In this document: one piece after another, positions 40,180 to 50,214 of the stretch
Position numbering within the stretch: position 1 is the stretch's first letter
How the letters are laid out: the number at the start of each line of letters is the position of its first letter
Assembly: GCA_964412625.1 (NCBI GenBank)
Contig: CAYPPO010000002.1
Coordinates: forward strand, 9,497-73,496
Reading direction: 5' to 3'
DNA length: 64,000 bases
Origin: an uncultured Candidatus Poseidoniales archaeon
Lineage (GTDB): Archaea > Thermoplasmatota > Poseidoniia > Poseidoniales > Poseidoniaceae
Notes under the pieces: generated by a model
The model's database searches: none
Told to the model about the DNA's origin: nothing
Seen by the model: only the letters and a program-made list of their open reading frames with translations
Translations under genes and position numbers: made by a program

Positions 40180-41576
40180 TACGATTGAAGAATCAACTCT
40201 ACTGCAAATAGCGGGTCAGGGTCAGTCGAATCATGATATGCTACTACTACCCCGCCATCGTTTAAGATCGCTAAAGAAGCAAAATCGAATCTTATGTCGT
40301 TACCCGCTCCGGAGGTAGAATCTAAATCGCCTTGTCCGATATATGTTAAAGTGTCAGGCGACATATCTTCAGAGTAACCACGAACATGGTACACAGTGTC
40401 GACATCCGGTCCTGCTGAACTTTGGTATCTGACATTCAATACGAAAAGGTCTAATTCACCATTAGCCTGAAACTCCCATTCTTCAATCTGCGTTGCTTGT
40501 TCATTTAGCTCATAGGTGTGATTTTGCCAGGTAACTGCCCCATCGTCCGACATGTAATGAGTAAAAGATGTCCCTGAATTTGCCACACAATGGATTACTC
40601 CGACTGAATCTATCTGACAGTACTCGCTAGGGAATTGAACAAATAATTCATTCCATGATAGTGAGGTATCCATGAATGCTGCATTGCCGTTATTATAGTA
40701 CGCAGGGAAGACGAGTCCACCACTGGGCATTGGGAAGGCGCGCATTTCTTTGTGCGGTTTGTTAACATCATAATATGCTGGTAAGTTAGCCTCGGTGAAA
40801 TCCAAGTCCAATTCGATTTCTGGATCCCCGCCGCTGCGGTCAGGGAACTGGAACGGGTAGTAGTTCAAGCCGTCGACACTTATTTGCCCACCAGCGTTCA
40901 TTGATTGATGCCAAAAGTTGGACACAACGATACTGGCCCATTCCCCACTACCCAGTGTAGATTCAATCGGGCCGATGACTTCCACCTGCCATGATCGATC
41001 GTAGAATGGTTCAGTGATTCTATTGTAGCACCATTTCCATTCATCTTCTGAAGCATCGTATAGTATGGCATAAAATTTGTCTAGCTTGAGATCGGCCCCA
41101 GGATACGGAAACCACGACATTGAAATTATGTCCCCATTTGTTGCCTGAACGATACTTCCTTCGCCCAGTCCTTCTTGACCGGGGTTGGTTGGAACAAATG
41201 TGACACACTGACCAACTGCAGGCAGTACGCCGGGGATGTAAGTATCCCACTCATGACCACGGTCAAGACTCCATACAGGGTATTCACCGCCAATGTTGAG
41301 AATTTGTCCTTCGATGGTGGTGGCTAGATAATGCTCACAGCAATTGCCACCTTTTGACGCATCAAAAACAGCCCATGACATATTCGTGGATTGGTTAGTG
41401 CGCAGGTCTATGGTGGTAAAGGGTCTAGGTGACTCGTGTGGCTGATTATCGATAAGAATGTAATCAGCCCATATGTTCTCAACGACCTCCTCTTCGATGA
41501 GTGTTTCACCTTCGCCGAAGCAACCTGCTAGCATTGTGGAGAGTGCCAACAACACAGCGAGTACCATTCTTCGCAT
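40176..41576 (-). CDS. Hypothetical lipoprotein, probably beta-propeller
   Basis: MRRMVLAVLLALSTMLAGC lipobox; Asp-box-like SLDRGHEW and SDDGAVTW; TTCAAAC at -29. Confidence 0.72.
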   Translation of the reverse strand: MRRMVLAVLLALSTMLAGCFGEGETLIEEEVVENIWADYILIDNQPHESPRPFTTIDLRTNQSTNMSWAVFDASKGGNCCEHYLATTIEGQILNIGGEYPVWSLDRGHEWDTYIPGVLPAVGQCVTFVPTNPGQEGLGEGSIVQATNGDIISMSWFPYPGADLKLDKFYAILYDASEDEWKWCYNRITEPFYDRSWQVEVIGPIESTLGSGEWASIVVSNFWHQSMNAGGQISVDGLNYYPFQFPDRSGGDPEIELDLDFTEANLPAYYDVNKPHKEMRAFPMPSGGLVFPAYYNNGNAAFMDTSLSWNELFVQFPSEYCQIDSVGVIHCVANSGTSFTHYMSDDGAVTWQNHTYELNEQATQIEEWEFQANGELDLFVLNVRYQSSAGPDVDTVYHVRGYSEDMSPDTLTYIGQGDLDSTSGAGNDIRFDFASLAILNDGGVVVAYHDSTDPDPLFAVELILQSY

Positions 41577-41624
41577 GGATAGACGAGACGCCACTCATGT
41601 TTGAATGCGTCGTTTCTTGGCTGT

Positions 41625-44600
41625 TTATGAAACAATGAAGTAAATCTTTGACCCATCTACTTCGAAGGTCTCGGTTGCCGAGGTTGGCGAGTCGCCGTTT
41701 GGGTGAAAAATTGCTGACCGGGCTCGGGTTTCAGTCACAATCCAATCTTGGTCAGTTTGGAATAACTCTGGAGAATTTTCCATCCAAATCTCAAGTTCTA
41801 TGGTGGCCTCAATGTCTAAGTCCAAATCCTTGCGCTTGGCTTGAATTCTTCGTGTAATATCACGGGCTAATCCTTTCGAGAGTAGTTCCGGAGTGTCATT
41901 CATGTCGAGGACGAGGCTCACATGGTATGATTCGTCACCTTGGCCGACTTGTATAGTTGATGCTGCAAAACCAGATTTTTCAACCCGCTTTACCTCGACA
42001 TCACTTTCCTCGATCTTGATACCTAAAATTTCAAGTTTGCCCGATTTTATTTCCTCTAGCATTGCGGCCGGATTTTCTGCATTGCGGATTTCAGCGGCAA
42101 TAGCATTGACATCACCCCTAGCCCTTGGCGCAAGTGCTCTAAAATTGGGTGCTAACTCAATTTGCTGGAATCTATCTAAATCAGTTTCAATTGAAATCTT
42201 TTCAACATTCAATTCCTCTGCTAGGATGTCGTGGAATTCAGCCAAATCTGGACCTGATACAATCCATCCATCTCCACAAGGGAGTCTCTGTCGACGCGCG
42301 GCGTCAACACGAATGCGGCGCCCAGTTTCAGCCAATTCTCTAACCAAAGACATCCTTGTTTCAAGGTCCAAATCTTGTGGCGGTAGCGTTGCTGTCGCCT
42401 TAGCAGCATTCTCATCCCAAGAATCTGCAGTAGCTCCTTCTAGGCTGCCTGGTGTTCCAAGCGGCCAATTTGCTTGATGGACACTTGTACCTTCTAAATT
42501 TCGGTAAATCACGTCTACCATAAACGGACTAACCGGCGCAACAAGTCGACAGACAGTGGTAAGCACCTCATGGAGGGTGTTTTGACAGGCAACCTTGTCG
42601 GTATTCTCTGCCTCGTCCCATAATCTTCTTCTGCTGCGTCTGACATACCAATTGGATAAGTCATTGACGACAAATTCTTCCAATTCTCGGCAGGCTTTGT
42701 GATAGTCCCAGTTAGTGAAGCCTTCGTGATAATTAGTTGCAACGGTTGCCAGGCGGGATAAGACCCAACGGTCGAGTGGTGTCCTCTCAGCAACCTCGAC
42801 GTGGTTTGTCTCAGGGTCAAATCCATCAAGTGCAGCATAATCAGCGTGGAATTTGTAGATATTCCATAATGTCAAGAACATCTTTGCATAGGTTTCTCTA
42901 ACGCCATTTGGGTCGAATTTAAGCGGACTCCAAGGGGCTCCAGCAGTGACCATGTACCATCTTGTTGCATCCGCACCTTCTCGGTTGAAATGATCCCAAG
43001 GGTCCACAATATTACCTCTTGATTTGGACATTTTCTTACCTTCAGCATCAAGAATTAATCCAAGCGACAAGCACCGTTTGTAGGCCGGCAAGTCAAACAC
43101 CGTTGTTGAAACGGCTAACAGAGTGTAAAACCAACCTCTGGTCTGATCTACTCCTTCACAGATGTAATCGACTGGGAAAGATGAGTTGAAAGTTTCACCA
43201 CCATCAAACGGATGGTGCCACTGGGCGAACGGAGCACATCCCGAATCAAACCAGCAATCCATGACAAATGGTTCTCTTTTCATTGGCTTACCATCATCTG
43301 AAAGCAAGGTGAATCCGTCAACAATTGGCCTGTGTAAGTCAACATCATCTGGACAATCTGGATTGTTTAGTCCAGCGGCGTTTGCCTTTGCAACCTCTGC
43401 TTGAAGTTCTTCAATCGAGCCGATACACTTCATCTGTCCGTCTTCGCTACGCCATACAGGAAGCGGAGTCCCCCAATATCGTTCTCGTGAAATAGCCCAA
43501 TCTTTGACATTCCTCAACCACTCGCCAAATCTACCTTCTCCAACCCAATCAGGTGCCCACTCAACACCATCATTAAATTGCAATAACTTGTCTTTCACAG
43601 CAGTCATTCTGACAAACCAAGAATCCATCGCATAGTATAGTAACGGGTGGTCAGTTCTCCAACAGTGTGGGTAATCGTGCAGATATGCCTTTTCACGATA
43701 AAGCAGGCCGCTTTTCGGACCTTTCCCGTTGCTGCCATTTGGTGCAGATAGTAACTGGATGATTGCCTCATCGCAATCTTTGACATATCGTCCGTCTAAT
43801 TGCTCATGGATTCCTTTGACGAAGGCACCATCCATTCCAACGGTATGAAACGCCGGTAACCCAACTTCCATTCCTAAATTGTAGTCATCTTCACCATACA
43901 TAACAGCAGTATGAACTACGCCGGTACCATCGGTTGTGGTTACCCAATCCGCTGATAAAACGGTCCAAGCAGTTTGTGAACCATTACGCGGCACAGCATC
44001 AGGGAATAATGGTTCATAGGCGCGTCCGACTAATTCACTGCCGGGGAATTCTTCGACAATTTCGACATTGTGTCGCAATACCTCTTTCATCAAATCCTTT
44101 GCTAAAATCATGGTTTCGCCGACATCAGCACCACCAGCCCCATTCCAGTTGGCTGCTGCATCCGTAACTTTGACCTTGACATAGGTGACTTCAGGTCCTA
44201 CCGCTAGTCCAACGTTACCTGGTAATGTCCAGGGTGTTGTAGTCCAGGCTAAGATTGAAGCGTCATCATCTGTTAATTTGAATTTCACATAGACAGAGGG
44301 TTCTTCCACTTCTTTGTAACCTAGAGCAACTTCGTGACTTGAGTATGAGGTGCCGGTTTGCGGGCAATAAGGCAGAACTTTGTGCCCACGGTATAGCAGT
44401 TCTTTGTCGAACATTTGCTTGATAGCCCACCAACATGACTCAACATAATCATTATGCAGAGTGACATATGGATTGTCTAGGTCAACCCAATATGCCATAC
44501 GCTCAGTCATCTCACGCCATGCGCTTTCATAGGTCCAAACTGATTCACGGCAAGCTTGATTGAAATTATCCATTCCATAAGCTTCGATGGCTTCGTTTGA

Positions 44601-44912
44601 CATTAAGTCCATGCGCTTTTGTACCTCGATTTCCACTGGTAACCCGTGAGTGTCCCATCCGCCTTTTCGCTCAACGAGAAAACCTTCCATAGTTTTCCAT
44701 CGGCAGACTAAATCTTTGTATGCTCGAGCCACAACATGATGGATTCCGGGTTTACCGTTAGCGGTTGGAGGTCCCTCCAAGAAGATGAATGGTGCTCCAT
44801 CTCTACGAGATTCAATGGAGTTTTGGAACGCATTTTCTTGGCTCCATGTACTCAGTAGCGCTGTTTCAAGAGCAACAGCGTCTAATTCTCCGGCGGGATT
44901 GGGCTTTGCCAT
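41625..44912 (-). CDS. ileS: Isoleucine--tRNA ligase (type 2)
   Basis: EGPPTANG-KP-GIHH, GWDTHGLP, WTTTPWTLP, DWAISRERYWG, EGVDQTRGWF, KMSKS; long C-terminal domain. Confidence 0.97.
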   Translation of the reverse strand: MAKPNPAGELDAVALETALLSTWSQENAFQNSIESRRDGAPFIFLEGPPTANGKPGIHHVVARAYKDLVCRWKTMEGFLVERKGGWDTHGLPVEIEVQKRMDLMSNEAIEAYGMDNFNQACRESVWTYESAWREMTERMAYWVDLDNPYVTLHNDYVESCWWAIKQMFDKELLYRGHKVLPYCPQTGTSYSSHEVALGYKEVEEPSVYVKFKLTDDDASILAWTTTPWTLPGNVGLAVGPEVTYVKVKVTDAAANWNGAGGADVGETMILAKDLMKEVLRHNVEIVEEFPGSELVGRAYEPLFPDAVPRNGSQTAWTVLSADWVTTTDGTGVVHTAVMYGEDDYNLGMEVGLPAFHTVGMDGAFVKGIHEQLDGRYVKDCDEAIIQLLSAPNGSNGKGPKSGLLYREKAYLHDYPHCWRTDHPLLYYAMDSWFVRMTAVKDKLLQFNDGVEWAPDWVGEGRFGEWLRNVKDWAISRERYWGTPLPVWRSEDGQMKCIGSIEELQAEVAKANAAGLNNPDCPDDVDLHRPIVDGFTLLSDDGKPMKREPFVMDCWFDSGCAPFAQWHHPFDGGETFNSSFPVDYICEGVDQTRGWFYTLLAVSTTVFDLPAYKRCLSLGLILDAEGKKMSKSRGNIVDPWDHFNREGADATRWYMVTAGAPWSPLKFDPNGVRETYAKMFLTLWNIYKFHADYAALDGFDPETNHVEVAERTPLDRWVLSRLATVATNYHEGFTNWDYHKACRELEEFVVNDLSNWYVRRSRRRLWDEAENTDKVACQNTLHEVLTTVCRLVAPVSPFMVDVIYRNLEGTSVHQANWPLGTPGSLEGATADSWDENAAKATATLPPQDLDLETRMSLVRELAETGRRIRVDAARRQRLPCGDGWIVSGPDLAEFHDILAEELNVEKISIETDLDRFQQIELAPNFRALAPRARGDVNAIAAEIRNAENPAAMLEEIKSGKLEILGIKIEESDVEVKRVEKSGFAASTIQVGQGDESYHVSLVLDMNDTPELLSKGLARDITRRIQAKRKDLDLDIEATIELEIWMENSPELFQTDQDWIVTETRARSAIFHPNGDSPTSATETFEVDGSKIYFIVS

Positions 44913-45052
44913 GACCCTGCGAGATAGGTTTTTGTCTTGAATCTCACCCCTAAATTTTCTATTTTTCATTTTCTTGCCGATTACTACTGTAAATCAAGCG
45001 TTTATGCTAATGCAACGGTATGTTTGAAGTCCTTACATGACTACGGCTGTCC

Positions 45053-48000
45053 ATGTCCGCCGCTACATCTTGGCGTAGTGCCCTATTTTTGGCCATTTTA
45101 ATGGCAATTATCGGTCCATTGCAAATGTCAGGTAATCTCACGGCAAATTCGACCAATTTGAGCGAACTATCTGATTCACAAATCGTCGGGTTTTCCATGC
45201 AGGGTAATGGCCAATTCATTGCGCTTGATGGCGATGGTGTCGTGAACGATGATTTCACGATTGAAGTTCCTACCGCCTCACCCATAACTGATATGCAACT
45301 AAGTATTGAACCATCAGTAATGCAGACGCATTACGGTTTTGTATGGGATTCTGATACCACTTGGTCAAACACCGATGCTACCAAGAATGGCACAATCGTA
45401 GAGAATGGTAAGTTAACGGGGTCAAGCGCTGGAACACTTTGGGACTTTAACAGCGGTTTGCAAGGTTGGACGGTGTCAAATCCAACATTTGTTAGCCGAT
45501 GGACCAATGCTTGTGGTGTCAATGGTACATCCGGTGGTTCGATAAAAACTCAGGCTAATTACAATGCACCACACTATGCAACATCTCCGCCGGTCAATCT
45601 TGCAGGTGCTCAGTCTATGCCGTTGACTGCTTGGGTCTTGCAAGGTTCATTCAGTTGTGGCGAAGAGCCGGATTCTGGTGAAGATCTTCAGATTCAATAC
45701 ATTACAACAGCCGGTAACTGGGTTACTTTGAACACATGGTCGGGGGCCACATCCGGTGGTACCATCCAACAATGGTCGATCAACCTGCCAGCCGCAGCAC
45801 TTCATGCTGCTACTCAAATAAGAATTAATCAAATCAGTGGCAGTGGCTCAGGCTCAACATGCTGTGACTTTTGGTTTGTTGACGACGTTCATCTAGCATC
45901 ACCTCCAGAATCTCACTGGGTCAGCCCGACAATTGGCTGGGGTCAGGGTGCATCCCAACCAGTCTCCCGTAGCACCTACGCACCGATTTACCTTGATGCA
46001 GTTATTCCAGATGGGGCATTCTTGAATTGGTCCATCCTTGACGGTAATGGCAATGATATCATGGGTGCGTCAGGGAGTAATGACGTCATGGTCCCACTAC
46101 ACATGATAGATTATGAAATGTATCCACTTGTTAGACTAAAATTAGAATTCACCGGCTCAGCGGCTGGTAATGGAATTCCAATCCTGCATTCGATTGGCGG
46201 CGATGGTCAAATTCATACCAACTTCAACGGCGGGATTCTCAACGAAGGTTGGGATGAGGCTTGTGTGCAAGGTGGCGCAGTAAACTATCAAAATGGCATA
46301 ATTGCGACGGTTGATTGTAATCTAACATCGCCTTGGTTTAGCACGCTAAATCCGGCTAAAGTGATAAGCGGTCAAGCGAACATCAAGGAAAGCGTTTTGC
46401 AGATTCGCTATTCGCCGAATGATAACTGGACGAATTTGACCACGCCAGCATTCACTTCATCCAATGATGCAACAATCTATCAATATCAGTATAGAATAAT
46501 CCATAATGGCTCCAGCGCACCTTCTTGGCAAGCAAAAGCGTTGTCGTGGAGTCTCAATAGTGGAAAACATCCAGCGCAACCAGCAATTGACTTCAATCAA
46601 GATGGATTCGTTGAATGGGGTGGCAGTGATAGTAGAGTTGGCTCTTGGGGCTGGCAGGATCGATTCGAGAATGGTGAAGAAATAATCTCAGTTACGCCGG
46701 GTATTTCAGGAACTGATAGCGTTTCTGCTTGGCTGCCTAGGGATAATGTTCACTCTTTCTCAGTTGGTGTGATGGCAGAAACCGGTGTACTTTCAGGTCT
46801 ATATCTGAGAGTCGGTAATCAGTTAATTGCAAACTGGACATATGATAATGTAAAGAGCGCTTATGTCACGCTCAACTCCTCACAACTCTATGCCCTAAGT
46901 TATGCTGCGTCGACAGCTTCTAGCGTCGGTTTCTTGGGGGCCAATTTCGTACAAATCGATTTCGAAGTAACTGGAACTGGTGGAATGAAAATGGCCGGTT
47001 TATCAATTCCATACGATGTATCAACATATCTGGATTCTGACCAACAATCACCGATGGTGTTGGGAATTAACGATGCCCGATCCCTACTACCAGATGTAGG
47101 TGGTCAACACATCATTCCAATACCGTTTGTTGCTGATTCTGCGGGCGGATTATTAGTTGCGCTAGATGGGGTTAATTTCTCATCTGATGTTGAAATAATA
47201 TCTACCTACATGGAAAATCCTGTCCAAGTACTTACCACGAGTCAAACATGGCACACAATGCACACCGATTTCGAAGTTACTGCGTCTACCGCCGGCTTAG
47301 TTCGATTAGATGTTGTTGGCGAAAATAACCATGCAACATGGTTGATTCCAACGGGAGGAGGCTCACCTATCGGTCAAGGGGATAGCGAACTTGTAGAACT
47401 TCACCCGACGAATTGGCTTAATTTCACTCAGAACGGTAACGACATTAGTGTCGCCGTAAAATACCGAATCGAACCCGGCTGGGATGACGAAGAATACCTA
47501 ACTGCATCGACAAGATTAGTTTTGGGCAATGGTGTTGTGTCCATTCCCGCAACACATTCATGGGGTAGCACAACCGGTGGGACAAAGGCTTTGGAAAATG
47601 ATTTGGAAATTAAAAGCGTAACATTTTCCACAGACATGGGTGAATTGCCCAGCGATGAATACTACTTGCCTGCTGGGCAAGATGTCGCAATTTCGATAGA
47701 TATAGGCTTTGAAGGCTTATCAGACGCAGAATCATTTGCTGATGGCGACGCGGTACTTTCACTCTACCAAGGGACGAATGAAATTGCTAACACAACCACT
47801 ATGGATGTTGATATGTGGAATTATACCGATACTGTTCCATTCACGAATGGAGTTTTAAATTGGCGCATCGAAGTTGTTCCATCAACCGGCGGCGGCGTTA
47901 CTGATGATGCCGAATATCAGAGAACTTTCTTTGCTGATTCGGTAGTTCCATCGGTTTACTGGTCAAGCGTTGCGGCATATGACCATAGAGTGCCATCCTC

Positions 48001-50212
48001 AACTCAAACCATCCAAGTTCAAATCACCGATCAACCGATATTACCCTCAAACATAGAAGCGATGGTTTGGCGTGAGTGGATTAATGATTACGATTTTAAT
48101 GGCCTACCAAGTCCAGATGAATATCAATCCTTCTCGAATGTCTTGCTGCCTAATGACCTCACGGCTTTCGTTGGTCAATATACAATACTACTCGATGACA
48201 GTGGTGGTTCAATCGGTGACAAGGTTGCAGTTTATCTAATCGGCAATGATGCTGCAGGCCATCCGTTAGAGGATAATGGAACCGGGGAAGAAGGAGACCA
48301 TCTATTCATGTATCAACTCAAAGCCGACGGACCACCCTCAATTCCAACCGCAGCATTCTCATGGAAGGACGGCAGACAGACCTGGTTACACCCGATGATT
48401 AGCTACGAATTCGATGTGATGATGAATGAGCCAAATGGTGGTTCAGACTTGATGATAGTCGAAGTACAGTTGGCCTCACAACAGAACAGTGACAGGTTAC
48501 CGATTTCTTGGGACTTTATGACGGGAGATTGTACTACAACAAGCCCTCATTTGGTGATTGAGGATTGCGAAATGATTGGGCAAAATGGCCCTGCTGGTCC
48601 CTACGAACAAGATATTACTTTGAATGTAGAGTTCCATTTACTGTGGACAATACCTGATTTGGGCGACACTAAGCGTGAGCCCAAGTTAATCGTTAGCGAT
48701 CGTGCTGGTAATACGGACCAGCAATCGTTCCCAACACTAAGATGGCGCTCTTCTGGTGATATGTACATTCCAGATGAAACGATTCAATTAGTGATTGAGC
48801 AGGGAACTGCGGTTGCCGATGGCGCAAGAATTGCTCCGGGTAGTACCTTTGAAGTGTCCGGAGACGTCATGTTCCAAGAGACCAACACCAGGCCAGACTT
48901 TGATTGCCCGGTAAGCGTAAGGTTTGACGGTGTGAATTATCCAACAACTGCTATCGACGGTGCATGGACCGCCGTTGTTACCGCCTCGGAGAATTCCGGA
49001 AAGAAAGCCCTAACATGGAGTGTGGATTGTGTATCAGGGCAAGGCGATGACGTCACCGATGAATCTAACAATCGATGGATATTGATTGACGGAACTGGTC
49101 CAACGCCAGTTGAGATAATCAATCCACGCCCAAACACCATACTTGAAACCGATGTCTATGAGGTTAGAATCGCAATCGATGAAGAGGGCGGCTTAGATAT
49201 CGAGTCTTTGCAACTTGAGTGGTGGGTTGAAGATGCAAACACAGGCGATAGGTTGCTTAGCGGATACGAAACCATGACCCTTGAGGGCAATGATATCGCT
49301 GGGACTCAGTTAGAAATTTATGCGAATGTCGACTTGTCGGCTATTACCGATGACATGATCCAAAATAGATTGATACTATTTGTGAAGGTAAACGGAAGAG
49401 ACCTAGCGGATAATGCCATAATGGGTATGAATGGCGCTCCAGCAGGCAGCGAAATAGCACAATGGGAACTAGAGTGGTTAAGGCCAGAGTTCGAGATTGG
49501 CCCACTGGACGTATCATATACACGATTAATTATCGAAGTTAGCCAATCTACATCGGTTCAAGCGCTTGTTAGCAACACCGGCTCTTTGGATGGCACCGTA
49601 GATGCGACTGCCTATGTGGTTAGAATTAATGGCACTAAGGAAGTACTACAACGTCCAAGTATTGACATTCCTGCTGGAGGGAAAGGTCTGATTTCGATTG
49701 ATTGGGTGCCTACCTCAGAAGGCGTACAATGGATTGAAGTCGAACTTGATAACGGTCTGACTGCCAAAGGTCCAACCGTTGATGTTAGACCCGCACGAGA
49801 GCAAGGTTTTATTGAAAATTTATTTGGTGATGTCAACCCAGTTATTGGTTCAGCAGTTGTTCTAATATTCATATCGATAATTGTAACCGGTCTTCTTTGG
49901 GCTAGAAAAGCCACCCGTGGTAGAGGTTCCGGATCAGTGTATGATTGGGATGAATATTCCTCTGAAATCGATTACGATGATTATGATGACTATGAAGAGG
50001 AGAGTCTACCAGAATCCTATGAATCACCAACTATTGAGCCGGCAGTATCAGTCGGCGCAGCATCTGCAGCATTGGTTGGTGGTGGCGAGGCCGCTACTAC
50101 AGAGGAGACTGATTGGGTAATGGGCGCTGATGGATACTGGTGGTATCATGACAAAGGTACAAATGAATGGTGGTACAAAGACGAAAATGGCGACATCGTC
50201 AAATTTAGTTAA
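45053..50212 (+). CDS. Giant secreted single-pass surface protein (1719 aa) with reelin-like domain and Trp-rich cytoplasmic end
   Basis: Signal peptide, beta-rich domains, TM ~49841-49900, acidic tail, WVMGADGYWWYHDKGTNEWWYKD. Confidence 0.8.
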   Translation: MSAATSWRSALFLAILMAIIGPLQMSGNLTANSTNLSELSDSQIVGFSMQGNGQFIALDGDGVVNDDFTIEVPTASPITDMQLSIEPSVMQTHYGFVWDSDTTWSNTDATKNGTIVENGKLTGSSAGTLWDFNSGLQGWTVSNPTFVSRWTNACGVNGTSGGSIKTQANYNAPHYATSPPVNLAGAQSMPLTAWVLQGSFSCGEEPDSGEDLQIQYITTAGNWVTLNTWSGATSGGTIQQWSINLPAAALHAATQIRINQISGSGSGSTCCDFWFVDDVHLASPPESHWVSPTIGWGQGASQPVSRSTYAPIYLDAVIPDGAFLNWSILDGNGNDIMGASGSNDVMVPLHMIDYEMYPLVRLKLEFTGSAAGNGIPILHSIGGDGQIHTNFNGGILNEGWDEACVQGGAVNYQNGIIATVDCNLTSPWFSTLNPAKVISGQANIKESVLQIRYSPNDNWTNLTTPAFTSSNDATIYQYQYRIIHNGSSAPSWQAKALSWSLNSGKHPAQPAIDFNQDGFVEWGGSDSRVGSWGWQDRFENGEEIISVTPGISGTDSVSAWLPRDNVHSFSVGVMAETGVLSGLYLRVGNQLIANWTYDNVKSAYVTLNSSQLYALSYAASTASSVGFLGANFVQIDFEVTGTGGMKMAGLSIPYDVSTYLDSDQQSPMVLGINDARSLLPDVGGQHIIPIPFVADSAGGLLVALDGVNFSSDVEIISTYMENPVQVLTTSQTWHTMHTDFEVTASTAGLVRLDVVGENNHATWLIPTGGGSPIGQGDSELVELHPTNWLNFTQNGNDISVAVKYRIEPGWDDEEYLTASTRLVLGNGVVSIPATHSWGSTTGGTKALENDLEIKSVTFSTDMGELPSDEYYLPAGQDVAISIDIGFEGLSDAESFADGDAVLSLYQGTNEIANTTTMDVDMWNYTDTVPFTNGVLNWRIEVVPSTGGGVTDDAEYQRTFFADSVVPSVYWSSVAAYDHRVPSSTQTIQVQITDQPILPSNIEAMVWREWINDYDFNGLPSPDEYQSFSNVLLPNDLTAFVGQYTILLDDSGGSIGDKVAVYLIGNDAAGHPLEDNGTGEEGDHLFMYQLKADGPPSIPTAAFSWKDGRQTWLHPMISYEFDVMMNEPNGGSDLMIVEVQLASQQNSDRLPISWDFMTGDCTTTSPHLVIEDCEMIGQNGPAGPYEQDITLNVEFHLLWTIPDLGDTKREPKLIVSDRAGNTDQQSFPTLRWRSSGDMYIPDETIQLVIEQGTAVADGARIAPGSTFEVSGDVMFQETNTRPDFDCPVSVRFDGVNYPTTAIDGAWTAVVTASENSGKKALTWSVDCVSGQGDDVTDESNNRWILIDGTGPTPVEIINPRPNTILETDVYEVRIAIDEEGGLDIESLQLEWWVEDANTGDRLLSGYETMTLEGNDIAGTQLEIYANVDLSAITDDMIQNRLILFVKVNGRDLADNAIMGMNGAPAGSEIAQWELEWLRPEFEIGPLDVSYTRLIIEVSQSTSVQALVSNTGSLDGTVDATAYVVRINGTKEVLQRPSIDIPAGGKGLISIDWVPTSEGVQWIEVELDNGLTAKGPTVDVRPAREQGFIENLFGDVNPVIGSAVVLIFISIIVTGLLWARKATRGRGSGSVYDWDEYSSEIDYDDYDDYEEESLPESYESPTIEPAVSVGAASAALVGGGEAATTEETDWVMGADGYWWYHDKGTNEWWYKDENGDIVKFS

Positions 50213-50214
50213 CC

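Noticed and set aside
41565..41576. Tat signals in MRR-starting proteins (also 35818 and 7229)
   Set aside because: The RR pairs lack a convincing S/T-R-R-x-F-L context; more likely Sec or lipoprotein n-regions.
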